Notes under the pieces: model-generated
Databases searched by the model: none
What the model was told of the DNA's origin: nothing
The model's input: the letters and a program-made list of their open reading frames with translations, nothing else
Made by a program: the position numbers and the translations under genes
Shown here: positions 49,088 through 57,282 of the stretch, in pieces
How positions within the stretch are numbered: position 1 is the stretch's first letter
How the letters are laid out: every line of letters begins with the position of its first letter
Origin: Candidatus Eiseniibacteriota bacterium
GTDB lineage: Bacteria; Eisenbacteria; RBG-16-71-46
Assembly (NCBI GenBank): GCA_963717505.1
Contig: OY970342.1
Span: 128,001-192,000 of the forward strand
DNA: 64,000 nucleotides
Reading direction: 5' to 3'

Positions 49088-49578
49088 GGGGCGTCTCCTT
49101 CGGCTGCGGTCGAAACGAACGTTTCTTCCTTCTGGGTGGAAAGCACGAGCAGCGTGCGGGTCTGGCGCACGCCCTCGATCCGATTGATCTCTTCGAGCAA
49201 GAGGCGCTGGAGTGCGGCGACGTCGCGCACGCGGACCTTGAGCAACAGCGAGAACTCCCCGGTCACGTGGTGGCACTCGAGCACCTGGTCGACCTCGCGC
49301 ATGCGCTGGATGAACGCGTCTTCGTTGCGCGGGTGCTCGATGAACACTTCGACGAACGCAGTGACCGCAGCCCCGACAGCGGCCGGGTTGACCATGGCCG
49401 CGAACCGGCGGATCACCCCCGAAGCCTCGAGCTTGCGCAGACGCTCGTTGACCGCCGCAGTCGAGAGTCCGACGCGCTTGGCGACCTCGGCCTGGGGCAG
49501 CTTGCCGTCGCGTTGCACCAGGCTGAGGATCTTCCGGTCCTTGGCGTCCAGGAACCTATGGATATTCGGTGTCTTCAT
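49084..49578 (-). CDS. Lrp/AsnC family regulator
   Basis: LDAKDRKIL, VGLS..AV.ERLRKLE..GVI, ECHHVTGE; ATGA-coupled to lat. Confidence 0.95.
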   Translation of the reverse strand: MKTPNIHRFLDAKDRKILSLVQRDGKLPQAEVAKRVGLSTAAVNERLRKLEASGVIRRFAAMVNPAAVGAAVTAFVEVFIEHPRNEDAFIQRMREVDQVLECHHVTGEFSLLLKVRVRDVAALQRLLLEEINRIEGVRQTRTLLVLSTQKEETFVSTAAEGDAP

Positions 49579-49616
49579 GGACTGACGAGTATATGTTCGG
49601 CACATATCGTACGCAA
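49579..49616 (-). promoter_or_regulatory. Sigma70 promoter of lrp-lat with palindromic operator
   Basis: Minus strand TTGCGT-N17-TATACT-N9-ATG; inverted repeat ATATGT-N5-ACATAT (49591-49607). Confidence 0.7.
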
Positions 49617-49702
49617 CCGTAGAGTTTTCAGATCAACTGTCCCCGGGGACAGTTCGCGGGGCCCCGCGTGGTTTGGGCCGGCGTGCTAGGATGCTGCGCC
49701 CC

Positions 49703-50329
49703 ATGATCTTCGCTCTCGACCTCGAGGGGGTTCTCGCCCCCGAAATCTGGCCCATCCTTGGGGCCCACTTCGGCGTGCCCGAGCTGTCCCTGACCACCCG
49801 CGACATCGAGGACTTCGGCGAGCTGATGGCCCGGCGGGTCGAAGGCACCCGGGCCAAGAAGGTCCGGCTCAGCGACCTGGAGCGCGTCGCCCATCAGGTC
49901 GAGCCCTACCTCGGCGCCCGTGAGTTTCTGACCCGACTGCGGGGCCTCGGCCAGGTGGTCATCATCTCCGACACCTTCCACGAGTTTTCGGAGCCGCTGC
50001 TGCAGAAGCTCGGCGGGCACAGCCTGTTCGCCAATCGATTCGAACTGAACGGCGACGGGATGGTGCGCGGATTCAAGCTGCGCATCCGCGGCAAGAAGGA
50101 GCGCATCGTGTCGGGATTCCGCAGCGCCGGCTTCGCGGTAGCGGCGATGGGCGACAGCCTGAACGACTTGTCGCTGCTCCGCAGCTCGGACTATCGGGTG
50201 CTCTATCGGCCGGTCGATCGGCTGCGCGCCGAGTTTCCGGGCGATCCGGTCGCGGTCAATCTCGACGAGGCGCTGGTGTTCCTCACCACCGCGTGGCGCA
50301 ACGCGCAGGAAGAACGCGGCGCGAACTGA
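49703..50329 (+). CDS. thrH: Phosphoserine phosphatase/homoserine phosphotransferase (HAD)
   Basis: LDLEGVLAPEIW, LTTRDI.D..ELM..R, ISDTF, MGDSLND. Confidence 0.88.
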   Translation: MIFALDLEGVLAPEIWPILGAHFGVPELSLTTRDIEDFGELMARRVEGTRAKKVRLSDLERVAHQVEPYLGAREFLTRLRGLGQVVIISDTFHEFSEPLLQKLGGHSLFANRFELNGDGMVRGFKLRIRGKKERIVSGFRSAGFAVAAMGDSLNDLSLLRSSDYRVLYRPVDRLRAEFPGDPVAVNLDEALVFLTTAWRNAQEERGAN

Positions 50330-50593
50330 CTCTTGGTCAGTAGGTTGAACTAAGGCTATCTACAGCTTCGCTCGCGAGAATCAGTAGCGCAGCGTTTCCA
50401 ACCTGCGCCGGCAAGTCAACCGAAATGTGCCGACCGACCTCCTGTTCGGGCGCTGGTTGCCGCCGCACTCGCCCGGCGACGGAAAGGTGCCACCGGCCGC
50501 ACCGACACGTGAAATCGTGGCGGGCACCTCGCGTGCTCGCCGGCCCTCGCTTCCCACGCTCGAACCACTGGCGCTCAAGGCCCAAATACTTGC

Positions 50594-51208
50594 CTAGTCG
50601 CTCTTCGCGAGCCCCTTGACGACGCACTGGAACACGCGGTTCACGAACGCATCGTTCAACGGCTGGTGGCGGACGAACATGCGATAGAACAACGGCCCGA
50701 CGAGCAGGTCGACGATCACGAGGGCCGGCACGTCCTTGCGTAAAGCGCCTGACGCCTGCGCTTCCCGAATCATCTTCGCGGTCCCCTCGCTACGCGGATA
50801 GAACAGTCCATCGAGCAGTGCAGTGCGGATCTCCGGGTCGCGTTGTGCTTCGCCCAGGAGCGACGTCAGCAACCGCCCCATCAGGTGATCCGACGCCCCG
50901 GCGATGCCCCGCATCTCGGTGCGGACGGCTGCCAGCGGATCGGCGCCAGACGGCGGCGGCACGGCTTCCGCGGCCATGCCCATCAGCAGCTCCACCACCA
51001 GGGCCGGGCGATTGGGCCACCAGCGGTAGATGGTCGTCTTGGCGACGCCCGAGCGGGCGGCGATCGCCTCGATCGTCGCCGCTTCGAATCCGCCCTTCTC
51101 GACGAGGGTACGGGTCGCATCCAGGATGGCGCGCCGCGCCTGCTGGCTGCGGGGGCGTCCGCGCGGGGGCGCGGTGGCTGGCGCTGAGGTGGAACGCTTG
51201 GGAGCCAT
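50594..51208 (-). CDS. TetR/AcrR family regulator
   Basis: RGRPRS, ATIEAIAARSGVAKTTIYRWW HTH, GPLFYR. Confidence 0.95.
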   Translation of the reverse strand: MAPKRSTSAPATAPPRGRPRSQQARRAILDATRTLVEKGGFEAATIEAIAARSGVAKTTIYRWWPNRPALVVELLMGMAAEAVPPPSGADPLAAVRTEMRGIAGASDHLMGRLLTSLLGEAQRDPEIRTALLDGLFYPRSEGTAKMIREAQASGALRKDVPALVIVDLLVGPLFYRMFVRHQPLNDAFVNRVFQCVVKGLAKSD

Positions 51209-51310
51209 GGCGACAGGTTACGCTACGACACGTATCGTTATCAAGGCTTGGGGCCCGTTCCGCGCCCTCGAACGAAATACCTTGAATCGCTACGCTACGT
51301 ATCGTATCTA
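51209..51310. promoter_or_regulatory. Divergent promoters with two TetR operator candidates
   Basis: CGCTACG-N3-CGTATCG at 51221-51237 and 51288-51304; minus strand TTGATA-N18-TAACCT-N6-ATG; plus strand TTGAAT-N17-TATCTA. Confidence 0.75.
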
Positions 51311-51402
51311 TTAGTGACAACGGGTTGTCTCCGCCGGTCGCCGGGGTCCCGAGTCTTCGCCACCCGCCCGTGACGGGGCCACCCCTCATCCAAGGGGGAG
51401 CC

Positions 51403-52725
51403 ATGTCCACTTCGAAGATGGAATCTGTTCGCAGTCGTACCTCGATCCGAGCCGAACGCCCAATGATTGCTCTTCTACGATCTGGCCTGCTCGCCCTCGG
51501 ACTCTGCGCTGCCACCTCGCCGGCGGCGGCCCAGTGGTCGCGTGTCGACGCCGTTCCCGCGACCAATGTGCTCACGGTGCGGACCCTCGGCGACACCATC
51601 GTCGCGGGCACGTTCACCCGCGCCTACCTCAGCACCAATGCCGGTGCGAACTGGCAGCCCACCTCGCAGATCGGTGGCGGCGTGCCGATCCAGGCCGTGC
51701 TCGTGCGAAACGGCACGCTCTACGCCGGCACGAATCGGTCGGGCGTATTCACCAGCGGCGACTTGGGTCAGACGTGGCATGCGTTCAACGAGGGGTTGGT
51801 GGGCGGGATCGTGAACTCCCAGCTCGACGTCTCGGACCTCGAAGTGCTGGGGGACAGCCTGTATGCCGGGACATTCGGCGCCGGTGTCTATGTTCGTACC
51901 CTCGCCGGCGCGGGGACGTGGCACCATTTCGGCGAGGAGTTCGAGCCGAACCAGGCGTCCAACATCCGCGACCTCGCCGTGGGCGGGACGCGGCTGCTCA
52001 CCGACGCGGGCGCCAACGGCAGCGTGTTCTTCCGCGATCCCGGCGATGGCGATTGGACGATTTCCTGGCTCAACAACGTCGGTCTGCGTCCCAGCCTGGA
52101 GGCGTTCTCGACGGTGTGGACCGGAACGGGGTGGGTCGTGGCCACGGGTGTCGGGCGCGGCGTGTTCACGAGCACGCAGGGCCATGAACCGTGGACGTTC
52201 GTGGACCTCGGCCTCGGCTTGGTGAACTCGGGCACGGTGGCCACGCGCGGCCATCAGGTGTTCGGAGCGTTCAACCGCAACAACGACGTGGTGGTCGAAC
52301 ACAGTGGCGACGACGGCCTGACGTGGGATGTGCTGGACGTGCTGCCCAATGCGTTCGTCTTCCGGATGGCGACACACGGCACCGATCTCTATGCCGCTCG
52401 CGGCGATGGACTGTGGATCCGCTCGACCGCGACGGTGTCGGTGCCGGAACGTGGCCCGCACGCCACTCTGCGATTCGCGATCACAGGGCCGCAGCCGATC
52501 GGTGGCGTCGCACGCGTGCGCTTCGAGCTACCCGAAGCCGCTGCGGCAAAGATCGAAGTGTTCGACGTCACGGGGCGTCGCGTGGCTGAGCCCGTGCAGC
52601 AGCAGCTGGCGGCCGGTGCCCACGAGATCTCGTGGAACACACGCGACCTCGCTCCGGGCATCTACCAGGCGCGGCTGACGGCAGGGGGGCGGCAGGAGGC
52701 GGTGCGGCTGGTGCACGTGCAGTGA
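51403..52725 (+). CDS. Secreted beta-propeller (BNR/Asp-box) protein with T9SS-like CTD
   Basis: SxDxGxTW Asp-boxes (STNAGANW, SGDLGQTW, SGDDGLTW); C-terminal VFDVTGRRV...PGIYQARL. Confidence 0.82.
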   Translation: MSTSKMESVRSRTSIRAERPMIALLRSGLLALGLCAATSPAAAQWSRVDAVPATNVLTVRTLGDTIVAGTFTRAYLSTNAGANWQPTSQIGGGVPIQAVLVRNGTLYAGTNRSGVFTSGDLGQTWHAFNEGLVGGIVNSQLDVSDLEVLGDSLYAGTFGAGVYVRTLAGAGTWHHFGEEFEPNQASNIRDLAVGGTRLLTDAGANGSVFFRDPGDGDWTISWLNNVGLRPSLEAFSTVWTGTGWVVATGVGRGVFTSTQGHEPWTFVDLGLGLVNSGTVATRGHQVFGAFNRNNDVVVEHSGDDGLTWDVLDVLPNAFVFRMATHGTDLYAARGDGLWIRSTATVSVPERGPHATLRFAITGPQPIGGVARVRFELPEAAAAKIEVFDVTGRRVAEPVQQQLAAGAHEISWNTRDLAPGIYQARLTAGGRQEAVRLVHVQ

Positions 52726-52826
52726 TGCGCGCACGCGGCTAGCGCGGGGATGGCCATCGCACACAAGTTGCCCCGGTGTGATGACGATCGAGGCGGTGAG
52801 GGCTACGCGAGTTCGGCAGATGAAGC

Positions 52827-52875
52827 TCAGCCTCTCGTGACGCCGGTTCCGAAGCCGGTCGTCACGAGAGGCTGA
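52827..52875. terminator. 16-bp stem hairpin between convergent genes
   Basis: TCAGCCTCTCGTGACG...CGTCACGAGAGGCTGA. Confidence 0.6.
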
Positions 52876-52902
52876 TGTTCCTGGGACCGACCGTGTATCC
52901 GT

Positions 52903-53355
52903 CTACCTGTGCATTGCGAAAATGAACTTCCAGTCCGGAGTGTCCCCGAGCCCGTACTTGGCTTCGAATGCCATGTTCGGGTTGATGTGGATTCCGCCGA
53001 TGAGTGCCCCTCCGAATTCCCAGTCGCCATCGCCGCCTTCAAAGTCGTACCAGGGGAACGACAGGCCGGCACCGATATAGGGCCTGAGGTCGGAGCTGGT
53101 CTTGAGGACGTAGTGCGCATCCAGGTTCGGAATGATCATGAAGACGTTGTCACCCCAGCCGAAGTCGATGCTCGGCACGAGGTCCATCTCTTCGCCCAAC
53201 GGGCGGGCGTTGTAGTGAAACCCAACCAGGAAGGCATCGGGGTCGATCGCCCATCCGATCTGGAGTCCGGCGCCTGTGATGCCACCGGCATGGGCGGGAA
53301 CGGCGGCAGTAGTCAGGACCACCGCAAGGATCATGAACGGCAGGGTGCGGCGCAT
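52903..53355 (-). CDS. Small outer-membrane beta-barrel protein
   Basis: AAGGAG RBS, signal peptide AHA, LRPYIGAG, FEAKY strands. Confidence 0.75.
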   Translation of the reverse strand: MRRTLPFMILAVVLTTAAVPAHAGGITGAGLQIGWAIDPDAFLVGFHYNARPLGEEMDLVPSIDFGWGDNVFMIIPNLDAHYVLKTSSDLRPYIGAGLSFPWYDFEGGDGDWEFGGALIGGIHINPNMAFEAKYGLGDTPDWKFIFAMHR

Positions 53356-53797
53356 GGCGCTCCTTTCGACAAGTGGGGAACCAATGGGTCGTGGTCGGGG
53401 AGTGGTAGCGCTTGCCGCCCGTGGAGTCAAACATCCTTTCGGCTGGCTCACCCCCCGGCCCCCCACGGGCCCGCCCGAGCGGCCCCTCCGCACCCCTCCA
53501 CCTGCGGGATGCGCCGGATTCGCCAAACTCGACGTCACCTCCCGCACCGCCGCACGGCCCTCGCTTTCCTTCACTGCCCCTCTGGCGGGAGCCGACAGCC
53601 CGAACTTTGGTCGACATGCCAGGAACGCCCGCTCCCGCCGCGGGCGGCAGGCAACGGGTCAGACCATATGGAACGACCGGCTCGCGATCGTAAGGTCGTG
53701 CTTCTCGCGAGAGAAGACGACGGTGGCGGGGATGCCGCCACGCTCGATCGCGGGTTAGCGCTTGCGGCGCCAGAGCCGCATACGAAAGGAGCCGGTC

Positions 53798-54923
53798 GTG
53801 AGCTCGAACGCTATCACCTGGGTGGGGCTGGACGCACACAAGAACTCGATCCACGTCGCGATGCTGGTCCCGGGGCGGGAGGAGCCCCTGTGCTGGCAGG
53901 AAGCCAATGAGGAGACGGCGGTTCGGCGTCTGGCGCGACGGCTGACCCGCGAGGCGCCCGGTGAGGTGCGTGCCTGCTACGAGGCGGGCCCCCTGGGCTA
54001 TGCCCTCCAGCGGGCGCTCGAGGCCCAGCAGGTGATCTGCGAGGTGGTGGCGCCCTCGCTGATCCCGATCAAGCCCGGGGAACGGATCAAGACCGACTGG
54101 CGGGATGCGACGCAAGCTGGCCGAGCTGCTGCGCTCGGGGATGCTGACCGCTGTGCAACCTCCCAATGAGGCCGATGAGGCGTTGCGCGACTTGTGCCGC
54201 GGGCGCGACAGCGTGCGGCAGGACCTGATGCGGGCACGGCACCGCATGAGCAAGTTCCTGTTGCGCCGTGGCTATCGCTATCGCGACACCCAGCGTCACT
54301 GGGGTGTGCGACACATGAAGTGGCTACGGCCGCTCGGGTTCGAGCATGCCTCCGCCCAGGCGATCTTCGATCACTACCTGCTGACGATCGATCACCTCGA
54401 TGAGCGGTTGCGGCAGGTCGACGCCCACCTCGAGGCGTTCGGAGGACAGGAGCCCTATCGCCAGCCGGTGGCTTGGCTGCGCTGCTTCCGCGGCATTGAC
54501 ACGGTGACGGCGGTGAGTCTCGTCGCTGAGCTTCATGACTTCCGTCGCTTCCGATCGGCGCGTGCGTTGATGGCCTATCTGGGGTTGGTGCCCAGTGAAC
54601 ACTCCAGCGGTGAGCAACGCCGTCAGGGCAGCATCACGCGTGCGGGCAACCGCCACGTACGACGACTGCTGGTCGAGGCTGCGTGGCATCACCGCCATCG
54701 GCCCGTGCTCAGCCAGCCGCTACGCAAGCGTCGCGAGGGGCAACCCGCGCAGATCATCGCCATTGCGGATCGCGCGCAGGAGCGACTCCACGGGCGCTTC
54801 GTGCGCATGACCCGGCGTGGCATCCACTACAACAAGGTCGTCGTCGCCATGGCTCGCGAGCTCGTGGGCTACCTGTGGGCGACGCTTTATCCGCATGAGG
54901 TCGAGGCCCCACCCTCGACCTGA
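53798..54923 (+). pseudogene. IS110 transposase/recombinase with +1 frameshift at about 54110
   Basis: AAGGAG RBS plus GTG; GLDAHK, CYEAGP, KTDWRDA (DEDD); after removing A54110 continues RKLAELL...GID..TA..LVAE...F.SA..LMAYLGLVP.EHSSGE...GN..VRRLLVEAA...VVAMAREL. Confidence 0.9.
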
Positions 54924-54974
54924 ACGCTTGCGCAGCACGGAGAGAATCAGGAAGAAGGTCGGCACGATCCGAGG

Positions 54975-55190
54975 GCCGCGCGACTGCACTATGCGGTGAG
55001 CTAGCAGCATCGCCTGAATCCGCGATCTCAGACAGCGTGCCCTCTCGACGGAACACGGTCATGCGGCTCGGCCCGGGACGCCGGCGCAACCCGCGGATAC
55101 TAGAGTGACTCGTCGTCGAAGCGACCGGCCTTCTTCTTGATCCACTCCGAAGCGGGAACAAACCAAACGGGCCACCCGCTGGGGTGGCCG
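54975..55190 (+). ncRNA. Predicted bridge/seek RNA in IS right end (boundaries approximate)
   Basis: Two parallel hairpins with internal loops (guide-ATGCGG...CCGC-guide) matching the reconstructed target and donor; ends in hairpin GGCCACCC-N4-GGGTGGCC (55170-55189). Confidence 0.7.
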
Positions 55191-55230
55191 TAAGGGACGA
55201 AACTGTGCCTTGACCTAGGGTCGTTCCATA

Positions 55231-57201
55231 CTAGTGAAGCAGCGTCACACGCTGCGTCGCCGACCCGGATTCGGCACGTGCATGGATGAAGTACAGCCCA
55301 CTCGGCAAGCGGTGGCTGTCAAACGTGACCTCATGGGAGCCCGAACCGAGCGGATCGTCCAGGAGCAGCGCCACGCGGTGCCCCGAGACGTCGTACACGC
55401 CAATCGAGACGTGTTGTGGGCGGTCCAGCGACACGATGACTCGCCATGCCCCCACGCCGGGGTTCGCGGTCGCCAGCGCGAGAGAGAGCCGCGGCAGCGA
55501 CGGCGGCAGGACCGACGTCACCCCGACCACAAACGAACCCTGACTCGGCGGGCTTCCGCTGAAGGCGTTGTCCACGGCCCTTACGGTCCAGCCATAGTGG
55601 CCCGTCGGTAATCCGTGAATCGTCCACAGCGTGTTGCGGCTCACGTTGCCGGGCTGCGGGATGAGTCCCGCGACCGCCTCCGCAGACCCGCTCAATCCGG
55701 GCCGCGGCGCCCCCCCGCCGGTGAGTTGCAGCTCGTAGCTGAGCGACGCGGCAGGAGTGCCATCGTCGTTCGACGCGTTCCACGAGAGCATCACCGCGTC
55801 CGCTCCAACGCTTGCCTGGAGGTTGGTCGGGGCGCTGGGCGCCGCATTGTGGCCAGGAGCGTCATTGCGAAACAGTTGCGCGCGAGACTCGATCAGGCCG
55901 TTCCCGCCGGGTACGTAGTATCCGCCGGCCACGAAGTAGTCGAGATCGCCGTCGCCGTCGATGTCGAACCAGGTGAAGGCGCCGCCCGTGTTGCCGAAGT
56001 TGGGCGCTGGAAGGGACTCGCCGGCCAGCGTGAAGACGCCGCCCTCATTCGCATAGACTTCCGAACGGCCGACGATCTCACCATCCCCGAGTTGCTGGCC
56101 GGTGATGAGAAGATCGATGTCGCCATCCGAGTCGTAGTCCGCCCATGTCACGCCCTCGAAATCGAGCCACGGCTCCGTGGGGCTCTGGAACTCGTGGACG
56201 ACATCCACCGGCGTCCACCCGCCCGGGTTCCTGAAAAGAATACGCACTACCGTCTCGCCCGTCTCGTCGGGGCGCACGAGATTGCCGCCCACGACGATGT
56301 CGAAGTCTCCGTCACCGTCGGCATCGCCCAGGTCGGCGGTACCGTATGAGATCACCGCCAGCGCGGAATCCACACGCGCCAGTGTCCCGGAGTCGTTCCG
56401 GTACAGGTCGACCGTGGGAGGCTCGAACTGGCCCATGGTGGCCAACATCAGGTCGAGGTCGCCGTCCCCGTCCATATCGGCCCAGGCGGTGGCTGCGGTA
56501 GTGGCCACCGGCAGCGGCTGTCCCGTGTCCGTGAACGTCCACGCATCGCCGGTCGCCGGACCGTCGTTGCGCAACACCATGGCCGGCAGTCCCTCGAATT
56601 CGCCCGACACGCATGGCAACATCAGGTCGAGATCGCCGTCGTTGTCCACGTCCGCCCAGGTCATGCTGCGCTGATCCATGGTGAGGAAATCGGACTCCTC
56701 CTGGTACGCCGGGAGCACCGTGGACGTGCGCAAAAGCGTACCCGCGTCATTCCGATAGAGGGTCGTCGACCCCTCCCCGCCCACGACGGCGTCCGGATCG
56801 CCGTCGCCGTCATAGTCGCCCCACGCCAGGTCACCAGCGCCAAAGAACAGATCGGTGGCATCCACAGACACGGGTGTGAACGCCCACGAGCCCCCAGGCA
56901 CCGGGCCGTCGTTGCGGTAGAGCGTCAGAAGGTGTTCCACGGACCCGAAGTAGACGACGTAGTACCCGGCGACCAGGAGATCCAGATCGCCGTCCGCGTC
57001 CACATCCGCGGGTGCAACGCTGGCGATCCAGAAGTCGGTGTTCGGGCCGGTGTTGAACAGCGTGTCAGTGAGTGAGAGTTCGGTGAATTCGCCCTGGGCG
57101 CGCACGGGTCCCGGAGCGATGGCACTCGCGAGGAGCGCGAGCGCCGCGCAGACGGTGAGCCTGGCTGCGCGAGTGCGTGGTGGCGTAAATGTGGGGGCCA
57201 T
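55231..57201 (-). CDS. Secreted FG-GAP/VCBS repeat protein with FN3-like and T9SS-like CTD
   Basis: Repeated W(A/G)DxDxDGDxD and YRND motifs; APSAPTNL..WNAS FN3 segment; VYDVSGHRV...SGLYFI. Confidence 0.88.
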   Translation of the reverse strand: MAPTFTPPRTRAARLTVCAALALLASAIAPGPVRAQGEFTELSLTDTLFNTGPNTDFWIASVAPADVDADGDLDLLVAGYYVVYFGSVEHLLTLYRNDGPVPGGSWAFTPVSVDATDLFFGAGDLAWGDYDGDGDPDAVVGGEGSTTLYRNDAGTLLRTSTVLPAYQEESDFLTMDQRSMTWADVDNDGDLDLMLPCVSGEFEGLPAMVLRNDGPATGDAWTFTDTGQPLPVATTAATAWADMDGDGDLDLMLATMGQFEPPTVDLYRNDSGTLARVDSALAVISYGTADLGDADGDGDFDIVVGGNLVRPDETGETVVRILFRNPGGWTPVDVVHEFQSPTEPWLDFEGVTWADYDSDGDIDLLITGQQLGDGEIVGRSEVYANEGGVFTLAGESLPAPNFGNTGGAFTWFDIDGDGDLDYFVAGGYYVPGGNGLIESRAQLFRNDAPGHNAAPSAPTNLQASVGADAVMLSWNASNDDGTPAASLSYELQLTGGGAPRPGLSGSAEAVAGLIPQPGNVSRNTLWTIHGLPTGHYGWTVRAVDNAFSGSPPSQGSFVVGVTSVLPPSLPRLSLALATANPGVGAWRVIVSLDRPQHVSIGVYDVSGHRVALLLDDPLGSGSHEVTFDSHRLPSGLYFIHARAESGSATQRVTLLH

Positions 57202-57282
57202 GGTCCCTGCCTTTCTCGGCCATGTAGGGAGAATCTGAGACGAATGGCTGACAAGCTGGCAGCGGCGGGGTCGGGTGCGTAA

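Larger units (their letters stand above)
53661..55234 (+). mobile_element. IS110-family (IS1111-type) insertion sequence
   Basis: Perfect 12-bp sub-terminal IRs TATGGAACGACC (53667-53678) / GGTCGTTCCATA (55219-55230); AG dinucleotide at both ends (53661-2, 55233-4); DEDD transposase; about 300-nt 3' non-coding end. Confidence 0.9.

Noticed and set aside
50337-50627. 96-aa minus-strand ORF between thrH and tetR
   Set aside because: No RBS or motif and atypical codon usage; may be a degraded fragment but cannot be supported.
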